Origin: Escherichia coli
GTDB taxonomy: Bacteria > Pseudomonadota > Gammaproteobacteria > Enterobacterales > Enterobacteriaceae
Direction: 5' to 3' (one strand)
Length of the DNA: 64,000 nucleotides
Assembly: GCF_050920415.1 (NCBI RefSeq)
Contig: NZ_CP169309.1
Both the position numbers and the translations under genes were made by a program. Positions 1 to 7,802 of the stretch are shown here, one piece after another (the first letter of the stretch is position 1; each line of letters opens with the position of its first letter). The notes below the pieces were generated by a model. The model was not told where the DNA came from. It did no database searches and saw nothing but the letters and a program-made list of their open reading frames with translations.

Positions 1-558
1 AAAGACCTCCCGGTGCATCTGTATGAATCCATGGGGCAAATGCAGGCAAAAATTCCGACTGAAGTGTTGATCACTGACCGGAGAGAGTATGAGCTGGCGG
101 AAGAAGGCTTTATCACACTGACCATGCGTAAAGGGTCTGATAATGCGTGCTTTTTCTCGGCCAACTCGGTGCAGAAACCCAAAAAATTCCCCAAAACCCC
201 CGAAGGCAAGGCTGCGGAGACCAACTATAAACTCGGCACCCAGCTGCCATACTTGTTTGTTATCAGTAGGTTAGCGCATTACATCAAGGTAATTCAGCGC
301 GAACAGCTTGGCTCATGGAAAGAACGCAGTGACCTGGAGCGTGAGCTGAACACCTGGATTCGCCAGTATGTTGCCGACCAGGAGAATCCGCCTGCCGAAG
401 TCCGCAGCCACCGGCCATTGCGTCAGGCAAAGATCGAGGTACTGGATGTGGATGGTGAGCCAGGCTGGTACCAGGTCGCGATATCTGTCAGACCGCATTT
501 TAAATACATGGGTGCCAGTTTCGACCTGAGCCTGGTCGGACGATTGGATAAGGAATAA
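1..558 (+). CDS. tssC: T6SS contractile sheath large subunit TssC (VipB), C-terminal part; 5' end lies upstream of the window
   Basis: Frame is open from base 1 to the stop at 558 with no true start in the window (the listed ORF begins at an internal GTG). C-terminal sequence ...GEPGWYQVAISVRPHFKYMGASFDLSLVGRL resembles TssC/VipB; tssE-tssF-tssG follow directly. Confidence 0.8.
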   Translation, partial: KDLPVHLYESMGQMQAKIPTEVLITDRREYELAEEGFITLTMRKGSDNACFFSANSVQKPKKFPKTPEGKAAETNYKLGTQLPYLFVISRLAHYIKVIQREQLGSWKERSDLERELNTWIRQYVADQENPPAEVRSHRPLRQAKIEVLDVDGEPGWYQVAISVRPHFKYMGASFDLSLVGRLDKE

Positions 559-562
559 TCCG

Positions 563-988
563 ATGCAAAGACGGGATTCAGGACCAACCGGCAGTCTTTT
601 TGAACGTATCCGTGAGGCGGCAAACCCACCTTCATACCAGAATCCAAAAGAAGCACTGATACGTTCCATCAGATGTAACCTGCGACAGGTCCTGAATACC
701 CGCGCCGGCAGCTGTTATGGCTCACCAGAGCTGGGGATCGGCGATCTGGATAATGTGGCCTCCATCTCCATGAATCTCAGGGATTCAACTGCGCAGAAAA
801 TCAGGCACTGCATTCTGCGTTATGAACCCCGTATCACTGAAGTCACTGTTATCGTCGTCGCACAGGATGAAAATGCACCGTTAGAGTTGCGTTTTCGGAT
901 TGTGGCTTGTGTTGATTTCAGCGAGGCCAGAGATGTACTTGAGTTTGACATCGTGCTGGACAGCCACCAGCAATACCGAGTGGAGTAA
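563..988 (+). CDS. tssE: T6SS baseplate protein TssE (gp25-like)
   Basis: 141 aa; N-terminal SLFERI...IRSIRCNLRQVLNTRAGS...PELGIGDL pattern typical of TssE; AAGGAA ribosome-binding site upstream; 4 bp after tssC stop. Confidence 0.88.
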   Translation: MQRRDSGPTGSLFERIREAANPPSYQNPKEALIRSIRCNLRQVLNTRAGSCYGSPELGIGDLDNVASISMNLRDSTAQKIRHCILRYEPRITEVTVIVVAQDENAPLELRFRIVACVDFSEARDVLEFDIVLDSHQQYRVE

Positions 989-993
989 ACGTC

Positions 994-2835
994 ATGCCCT
1001 TTGAGGAACGGTATTACCGCGAAGAGCTGGATTATCTGCGCCAGCTCGGCAAGCTGTTGTCCCAGGAAAAACCGCATCTGGCCCATTTTCTGGCCGAGAA
1101 AGAGGGCGATCCGGATGTGGAACGCCTGCTGGAAGCCTTTGCTTTTATGTCCGGCAGCCTGCGCCAGAAACTTGAAGATGAATTTCCAGAATTCACCCAT
1201 GGGTTGATCCGTATGCTGTGGGCCAACTATTTACGCCCAGTTCCGGCCATGACGGTTATTGCTTATGAACCCAAAGCCAGTCAGTTAAAAGTTCCTGTTC
1301 AGGTCTGTCGTAATGAGCTGATAAGTTCAGATACAACCCGTACAACCGTTTCGGGTCGAAAACCCCTGCCAGACGACAAAGATAAATCAGAGTTACTCCC
1401 AGCCTGCCATTTCACGCTAGCAAGGGATATCTGGCTGCAACCGCTGCGCATTCTCGATACCCGCAACTCCAGCAGCCTGAAAGAAGGCGTCATCGATATC
1501 AGTTTCACCGCAGATAACAAAGTCTCCCCCGCCATGCTTGACCTGAACAAAATCACATTCTGGTTGGGTAATGAAGACGATTATACCCGACACCAGCTTT
1601 ATCTGTGGTTTTGCGAATGCCTGATGGATGCGGAGCTGATTGCCGGAGAGCGCCACCTGCCGCTGCCGGATCTGTGGCTGGAAGCTGCGGGTTTTGACAA
1701 CCAGGATGCCCTGCTGCCGTGGCCGAAAAATGTCCACAGCGGCTACCGGGTACTCCAGGAGTATTTCTGCTATCCCGAAGCCTTCTTCTTTTTTCATCTG
1801 CGCGATGTTGCGCCGCTACCGGACGATTTCCCGGTGAGTGCGTTTACGCTGCGCCTGCACTTTAACCGCCCGTTACCTGCTGACATTAAACTACGCCAGG
1901 ATTCACTGCGTCTGCATTGTACGCCAGCCATTAACTTGTTTACGCATTACGCGGAACCCGTCAGGCCGGATGGTCGGATGGCGGAATACCCACTGCGCGC
2001 CAGCCATCGACACCCGGATGCTTATGACATTTTTCAGATAAGCACCGTCACCAGTAAAGCCAAAGTTTCAGGTACTGAATCCAGCCCTGGTAGCCAGGCG
2101 CGTGTCTGGCCCGAATTTGAAAGCTTCCAGCACCAGATGGAGTACAGCCGCCAGCGGGAAGTCGTCTACTGGCACCACCGGACTAAAACATCCCTGTTTC
2201 ACCGCGGGCTTGAACATTCCATCGCCTTTGTCCATGCTGACGGCAGCATACCGGACCGTTCACTGTTTAACGATGATGTGATCACCACGTCATTACTCTG
2301 TACCAACCGGATGCTTCCGGCCCGGCTGCATACTGGCGATATCTGCGTGGCCGTCAACAAAAATCCGGCAGTGGCCTCATTTCGTAATGTCACGCGCCCG
2401 ACACAGCCGCTCTGGCCAGTAACGGACGGCGACATGCACTGGTCGCTGATTTCCGCGATGAACCTGAACTACCTCTCGCTGCTGGACAGGGAGACACTGA
2501 TCCAGATCCTGCGGACCTTCGACCTGCCAGGCGCTCACCATCCGCAACGGGCCAGACTGTCACGCCAGAAACTGGATGCCATAGAAAAACTCGAAACCAA
2601 ACCTGTTGACAGGTTGTTTAAAGGCGTACCGGTTCGCGGGCTGGCGACCACGCTGTGGATACGTCCCGATCCGTTTATCTGCGAAGGTGAAATTTATCTT
2701 CTGGGTACCGTGCTCTCGCACTTTTTTGCCCTCTACGCCAGCATCAATTCGTATCACTGTCTGAAAATCATTAACACGGAAAGTCAGGAGTCCTGGGAAT
2801 GGCAGGAGAAAATGGGCCAGCACGCCCTGATATAG
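994..2835 (+). CDS. tssF: T6SS baseplate protein TssF (ImpG/VasA family)
   Basis: 613 aa, typical length; N-terminus MPFEERYYREELDYLRQLGKLL...HFLAEKEGDPDVERLLEAFAF matches the TssF family; GGAG upstream. Confidence 0.9.
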   Translation: MPFEERYYREELDYLRQLGKLLSQEKPHLAHFLAEKEGDPDVERLLEAFAFMSGSLRQKLEDEFPEFTHGLIRMLWANYLRPVPAMTVIAYEPKASQLKVPVQVCRNELISSDTTRTTVSGRKPLPDDKDKSELLPACHFTLARDIWLQPLRILDTRNSSSLKEGVIDISFTADNKVSPAMLDLNKITFWLGNEDDYTRHQLYLWFCECLMDAELIAGERHLPLPDLWLEAAGFDNQDALLPWPKNVHSGYRVLQEYFCYPEAFFFFHLRDVAPLPDDFPVSAFTLRLHFNRPLPADIKLRQDSLRLHCTPAINLFTHYAEPVRPDGRMAEYPLRASHRHPDAYDIFQISTVTSKAKVSGTESSPGSQARVWPEFESFQHQMEYSRQREVVYWHHRTKTSLFHRGLEHSIAFVHADGSIPDRSLFNDDVITTSLLCTNRMLPARLHTGDICVAVNKNPAVASFRNVTRPTQPLWPVTDGDMHWSLISAMNLNYLSLLDRETLIQILRTFDLPGAHHPQRARLSRQKLDAIEKLETKPVDRLFKGVPVRGLATTLWIRPDPFICEGEIYLLGTVLSHFFALYASINSYHCLKIINTESQESWEWQEKMGQHALI

Positions 2836-3848
2836 CGGCAAAACCGCCGTTACCGGCGGATGTGCGCAACTGCAATTTCTATGTGCTAATGGAGGCGCTG
2901 TACCGTCGGTATGGCACGCCGGGCCAGGACATTTCCCTGCGTACCGAGCCTGCCCGGGAGATCGTGCGTTTCAGCTCTGACGCCAGTATCGGTTTTCCGG
3001 GTACGGACCTGAGTGCGCTTTCCCGTAGCCAGAACGGACAGTATGTACTGCAAACCCGGTTCCTGGGTTTTTCCGGCAGCCAGTCGCCGCTACCAGGCTA
3101 TTATCTGGATCAGATGGCGCAGGAGTCCGCACAGAACGAAGACGGCCTGAAAGAATTTCTCGATCTATTCAGCCACCGCTGGACACAGTTTGCCTATCAT
3201 GCCTGGCGCAAATACCGCTACTACATCTGCTTTCGTAACGGCGGTACTGACACCTTTTCACAGCGCATGTACGCACTGGTCGGGCTGGGTAATCAGAGCG
3301 TGCGTGACAGGCTTGCCATTAACCACAGCAAAATGCTGGCCTACGCCGGAATTCTGGCAACACCAGGCCGCGCGCCGGAGGTTATCTGTAATCTGGTGTC
3401 GCACTGTTTTGATTTGCCGGATGTCACCATTGAACGCTGGCAACTGCGTAAAGTCGCCATTGATCCGGCACACCAGAACCGGCTGGGTGTACGTAATCCG
3501 AAAGGAAAAACGGCTGGACATATTCCGGGACGCTCCATACTCGGCGTTAATTTTACCCTCGGCGCACGGGTGCCGGATCGCAGCGGAAAATTCCTGTTGC
3601 AGATTGGCGGCCTGTCGCAGGAGCGTTATCTCTCATTTTTACCCGATGGCGAAAATCACCTGCCGCTGACCATGTTCCTTTCTTTTATTCTGCGCGACCA
3701 GTTTGCCTGGGATTTACGGCTGTGCCTGGCACCACAGCAGGCTAAAGGGATGCGCCTTGGCGATTCGGCCAGCTCCCGCCTCGGCAGAACCAGCTTTATT
3801 GGTCAGCCGAAAGTACCGCCCGCCATCACAATCCGAATCAGGGAATAA
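2799..3848 (+). CDS. tssG: T6SS baseplate protein TssG (ImpH/VasB family)
   Basis: 349 aa; follows tssF with a 37-nt overlap. Start codon uncertain (ATG 2799, or GTG near 2862). Confidence 0.85.
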   Translation: MAGENGPARPDIAAKPPLPADVRNCNFYVLMEALYRRYGTPGQDISLRTEPAREIVRFSSDASIGFPGTDLSALSRSQNGQYVLQTRFLGFSGSQSPLPGYYLDQMAQESAQNEDGLKEFLDLFSHRWTQFAYHAWRKYRYYICFRNGGTDTFSQRMYALVGLGNQSVRDRLAINHSKMLAYAGILATPGRAPEVICNLVSHCFDLPDVTIERWQLRKVAIDPAHQNRLGVRNPKGKTAGHIPGRSILGVNFTLGARVPDRSGKFLLQIGGLSQERYLSFLPDGENHLPLTMFLSFILRDQFAWDLRLCLAPQQAKGMRLGDSASSRLGRTSFIGQPKVPPAITIRIRE

Positions 3849-3852
3849 TTCT

Positions 3853-5145
3853 ATGGAACCACATATGGCTGAGGAAAAACAGCAATCCCGCCAGGCCTCA
3901 CTGACTTTACAGGTGATGAATGGCAACGAACTGGAAAGCGGACGTGCCGCAAAATGCCTGTTCAGCGAAAACGGCGGTGATATTGGCCATACGCCGGAAT
4001 GTCACTGGCAGGTACAGGACCGGGCGGGAAGCATTGCTGCGCGTGCCTGTACCGTTATCCGGCACGACGGAGCCTATTGCCTGCGGTGCCTGACGCCGGG
4101 ACTGATGATTAATCTGGCCCCGGTCTCTTCCGATGCGCTCATCCGCCTGCGCCAGGGGGATGAGATCCAGCTCGGCGCACTGGCGCTGAAAGTGTTTCTG
4201 CATGACGGTGCAGCTGTTACTTATGACGAGCGGATGGCGACCCCGGAAACGATTGTAATGAACCGCGACAGTCTGGCGGACACCCTGTTGACCACCGAGG
4301 GACAACCGGCGTATCCGGGAATGCCGTTCCAGCATCAGCTTGCCCCCACGGTGGCGCACGGTTTTTCCAGCGATCCGCTCCAGGCACTCCAGACGGAAAG
4401 CCTGATGGTGGCAGATGATCCGATCGCCCCACGCGTTTCCCGGCCCGTTGCCCCCGCCTCCGATCTGACAGGTGCAAACGGGATCAACACGCCGTTTATG
4501 GATCTGCCGCCCGGCAATGCCCGTCATGAGGACGGCGATGAATTTTCTGCCATGGCGCAGTACCACCTGGCCGTAACCCCGCTGCTGCGCGGTATGGAGT
4601 GTCCGCTGACGCTGCACAATTCTCAGGATGCGGATGAGTTTCTCGAAGAGGCCGGACGGGCGTTGCAGGCCGCCATTAAGGGATTGCTGAGTCTGCAACA
4701 ACAACAGAACAGCCTGTCGGATAAACACCTGCGTCCACTGGAAGACAACCCGTTGCGCCTTGATATGGACTATGCCACCGCGCTGAACGTCATGTTCGCC
4801 GAGGGTAAAAGCCCGGTACATCTCGCCGCACCTGCGGCCATCGCCGAAAGCCTGCGCAACATCCGGCATCATGAAGAGGCCAACCGGGCGGCGATTGTGG
4901 AAGCGTTGCGTGTCATGCTGGACGCCTTCTCGCCGGGCAACCTGATGCGCCGCTTTGCGCAATACCGCCGCAGCCATGAGCTGCGCCAGAAAATGGACAA
5001 CGCCTGGGCATGGCAGATGTACAGCAACTATTACGATGAACTGGCCTCCAGCCGACAGCAGGGATTTGAAATGCTGTTCAATGAAGTTTATGCCCAGGTC
5101 TATGACCGGGTGCTGCGCGAAAAACAGCGGGAGCCGGAAGCATGA
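3853..5145 (+). CDS. tagH: T6SS FHA-domain protein TagH/Fha
   Basis: The listed ORF (3703) starts inside tssG; the in-frame ATG at 3853 with upstream AGGGA gives 430 aa. N-terminal region (GRAAKCLF...HWQVQDRAGS...LRCLTPGLMINLAP...GDEIQLG) looks like an FHA domain, followed by a Pro/Ala-rich linker and a C-terminal TagH-type domain. Confidence 0.82.
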   Translation: MEPHMAEEKQQSRQASLTLQVMNGNELESGRAAKCLFSENGGDIGHTPECHWQVQDRAGSIAARACTVIRHDGAYCLRCLTPGLMINLAPVSSDALIRLRQGDEIQLGALALKVFLHDGAAVTYDERMATPETIVMNRDSLADTLLTTEGQPAYPGMPFQHQLAPTVAHGFSSDPLQALQTESLMVADDPIAPRVSRPVAPASDLTGANGINTPFMDLPPGNARHEDGDEFSAMAQYHLAVTPLLRGMECPLTLHNSQDADEFLEEAGRALQAAIKGLLSLQQQQNSLSDKHLRPLEDNPLRLDMDYATALNVMFAEGKSPVHLAAPAAIAESLRNIRHHEEANRAAIVEALRVMLDAFSPGNLMRRFAQYRRSHELRQKMDNAWAWQMYSNYYDELASSRQQGFEMLFNEVYAQVYDRVLREKQREPEA

Positions 5146-5666
5146 ACGGCAAAGCGTTTCTGGCCTGCGTTCTGATGAGCGTTGTGTTAACTGGCTGTGA
5201 AACAGCGAAAAAAATCAGCCAGGTGATCCGCAATCCGGATATTCAGGTCGGAAAGCTGATGGATCAGTCAACCGAGCTGACCGTCACGCTGCTGACCGAG
5301 CCGGACAGCAACCTGACGGCAGACGGTGAAGCCGCGCCGGTGGATGTGCAACTGGTTTATCTGAGTGATGACTCTAAATTCCAGGCCGCCGACTACGACC
5401 AGGTTGCCACCACCGCACTGCCCGACGTGCTGGGAAAAAACTATATCGATCATCAGGACTTCAACCTGTTGCCGGACACCGTAAAAACACTGCCGCCGAT
5501 CAAGCTGGATGAGAAAACCGGTTATATCGGTGTCATTGCCTATTTTTCAGACGACCAGGCCACAGAATGGAAACAAATTGAGCCGGTAGAAAGTATCGGC
5601 CACCACTATCGCCTGCTCGTGCATATCCGCGCCAGTGCGATTGAGATGAAAAAAGAGGAAAACTGA
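5142..5666 (+). CDS. tssJ: T6SS outer-membrane lipoprotein TssJ
   Basis: 174 aa; signal peptide with lipobox VLTGC; 4-nt ATGA overlap with tagH stop; position between fha and tssK. Confidence 0.88.
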   Translation: MNGKAFLACVLMSVVLTGCETAKKISQVIRNPDIQVGKLMDQSTELTVTLLTEPDSNLTADGEAAPVDVQLVYLSDDSKFQAADYDQVATTALPDVLGKNYIDHQDFNLLPDTVKTLPPIKLDEKTGYIGVIAYFSDDQATEWKQIEPVESIGHHYRLLVHIRASAIEMKKEEN

Positions 5667-5668
5667 CG

Positions 5669-7015
5669 ATGGCAACAATGAAAAACAAGGTGATCTGGCA
5701 GGAAGGGCTGTTTGCCCTGCCGCAGCATTTTCAGCAACAGCAGCGTCACTGCGAGTACCTGCTGACCCGTCGTCTGGATGCTCAGGGTGATTTTTTCTGG
5801 GGCTTTACGGAACTCTCCATCAATACCGAACTGCTTGCCCAGGGCAAAATCATGATTGACCGTGCGGCGGGCTGTATGCCTGACGGCACCGTATTCAGCA
5901 TTCCCGACCAGGATCTGCTGCCGGAACCTTTCCAGCCGGGAACCCTTTCATCGAAAGAGAGCCACAATATTTATCTGGCGCTGCCTGTAATCAGCGACGT
6001 GATCAATGAAATCCAGGGGTTGCACAGCGCCGGTCAGGGTACGGAGCGTTACCGCCTCACCCATACCCGCGTCCGTGATTTTCACACTGACGAAGGCGAC
6101 GAACAGCCGGTCGGTCTGGGGCAGTTGATCCCCAGGATAGTCAGCGGCGCAGATGATCTCAGCGCGATGGTGACCCTCCCCCTGTGCCGTATCCTCAATA
6201 AAAATGCTACCGGCGCACTGGTGCTGGACAACACCTTTATTCCCACCATTCAGGCCGTCCGTGTCAGCGGGTTGCTCGGGGCATTCTCCGGCGAGGTGCA
6301 GGGGCTACTTGCCACCCGCGCCGCCGACCTGGCCGGGCGCATCGGTTCGCCTGAACAGAGCGGGATCGCCGATGTGGCCGAATTTATGATGTTGCAGATG
6401 CTTAACCGCCATCAAATGCAGTTCACGCATCGTTCCCAACTGCACACGCTGCATCCGGAAGCCTTCTACCGGGATCTGGTGGGGCTGCTGGGAGAACTGA
6501 TGACCTTCACCGAAGGTAATCGCCTGCCCTGCACCGTGGAGCCGTATAATCACCGGGATCTTACCGCGACCTTCACCAGAACAGTAATTCCGGAACTGCG
6601 GCGCGCACTCAATACCGTGCTGGTACCGCGTGCGCAGAATCTGCCGCTGTTCTTTTCAGAGGGGACCTGGATCGCCACCATCAGCGATCCCACACTGTTG
6701 CAGTCCTGCAAGCTGGTACTGGCAGTGCGCGCCAGGATGCCCTACGACCAGGTGCAGCGCCAGTTCATCCAGCAGTCGAAAGTGGCCGCTACCGACAAAA
6801 TCCGCAGCGTGGTCAGCGTGCAGGTGCCGGGTATTCCGCTGCACACGCTTACCGCTGCGCCGCGTCAGTTGCCCTGGCATGAAGGTTATGTTTACTTCGA
6901 ACTGGAAAAAGGCACCCCAGCCTGGCAGGACGTGATAAAAGCGGGCGCGCTGGCGCTGCATATCTCCGGCACCTTCCCCGATCTGAACCTTCAGCTCTGG
7001 GCGATAAGGGGATAA
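5669..7015 (+). CDS. tssK: T6SS baseplate protein TssK (ImpJ/VasE family)
   Basis: 448 aa; N-terminal VIWQEGLFALPQHFQQQQRHCEYLL is the hallmark TssK motif. Confidence 0.92.
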   Translation: MATMKNKVIWQEGLFALPQHFQQQQRHCEYLLTRRLDAQGDFFWGFTELSINTELLAQGKIMIDRAAGCMPDGTVFSIPDQDLLPEPFQPGTLSSKESHNIYLALPVISDVINEIQGLHSAGQGTERYRLTHTRVRDFHTDEGDEQPVGLGQLIPRIVSGADDLSAMVTLPLCRILNKNATGALVLDNTFIPTIQAVRVSGLLGAFSGEVQGLLATRAADLAGRIGSPEQSGIADVAEFMMLQMLNRHQMQFTHRSQLHTLHPEAFYRDLVGLLGELMTFTEGNRLPCTVEPYNHRDLTATFTRTVIPELRRALNTVLVPRAQNLPLFFSEGTWIATISDPTLLQSCKLVLAVRARMPYDQVQRQFIQQSKVAATDKIRSVVSVQVPGIPLHTLTAAPRQLPWHEGYVYFELEKGTPAWQDVIKAGALALHISGTFPDLNLQLWAIRG

Positions 7016-7019
7016 GTGA

Positions 7020-7793
7020 ATGAGCGATATCAGCGATATGGGTGAACCGTCGGTTTTTCCCATGGAGCCGGAGAGCGGAACATCAGGACGTCAGTACCGT
7101 CTCGCCCTTCGCGGCAACAGCCTGAACCCAATGATTGACGCCGCCACGCCGTTGCTCGGCATGGTGATGCGTCTGTCCACCATGAACAGCCAGGCCATGC
7201 CGGAACACCTGTTTGCCCAGGTGGTAACCGATGTCCAGGCTGTGGAGCAACTACTCCAGGAGCAGGGTTACGAGCCGGGCGTCATTGTTTCGTTCCGCTA
7301 CATTCTCTGCACATTTATAGACGAAGCGGCGCTAGGCAACGGCTGGTCCAACAAAAACGAATGGATTAAACAGTCACTGCTGGTTCATTTCCATAACGAA
7401 GCCTGGGGCGGTGAGAAAGTGTTTATCCTGCTCGAACGCCTGATCCGCGAGCCGGTACGTTACCAGGATCTGCTGGAGTTTTTATACATCTGTTTTTCGC
7501 TCGGCTTTCGCGGGCGCTACAAGGTTGCCATTCAGCAACAGGATGAATTTGAGCGGATCTACCAGCGCCTGCACCATGCCCTGCACAAACTGCGCGGTGA
7601 CGCGCCATTTTCGCTGCTTCACCAGAAGAACAACATACAGGGCGGGCGTTATCAGTTAATCCGGCGGCTGACCATCAGGCATGTAATGTGCGGCGGTCTT
7701 GTTGTGCTGGCCGTATTTTATCTGTTTTATCTGCTGCGTCTGGACAGCCAGACACAGGATATTCTGCATCAGCTCAATAAATTACTCCGATAA
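7020..7793 (+). CDS. tssL: T6SS membrane complex protein TssL (DotU/IcmH-like), no peptidoglycan-binding extension
   Basis: 257 aa; DotU-like core (YICFSLGFRGRY) and one C-terminal transmembrane segment (VMCGGLVVLAVFYLFYLL); no OmpA-like tail. Confidence 0.88.
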   Translation: MSDISDMGEPSVFPMEPESGTSGRQYRLALRGNSLNPMIDAATPLLGMVMRLSTMNSQAMPEHLFAQVVTDVQAVEQLLQEQGYEPGVIVSFRYILCTFIDEAALGNGWSNKNEWIKQSLLVHFHNEAWGGEKVFILLERLIREPVRYQDLLEFLYICFSLGFRGRYKVAIQQQDEFERIYQRLHHALHKLRGDAPFSLLHQKNNIQGGRYQLIRRLTIRHVMCGGLVVLAVFYLFYLLRLDSQTQDILHQLNKLLR

Positions 7794-7802
7794 GGACATC
7801 TT

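Noticed and set aside
3703-3852. In-frame upstream extensions of listed ORFs (also 11214, 17270, 20487, 37988, and the N-terminal extras on yafS, yaeR, rseP, fabZ, yaeF, yaeP)
   Set aside because: These extensions overlap the preceding gene or lack a ribosome-binding site; internal starts with good sites and expected protein lengths were chosen instead.
3907-4977. 356-aa ORF on the minus strand
   Set aside because: Fully antisense to tagH in GC-rich DNA, where long spurious antisense frames are expected; no ribosome-binding site or recognisable domain; the sense strand is explained by a strongly supported T6SS gene.
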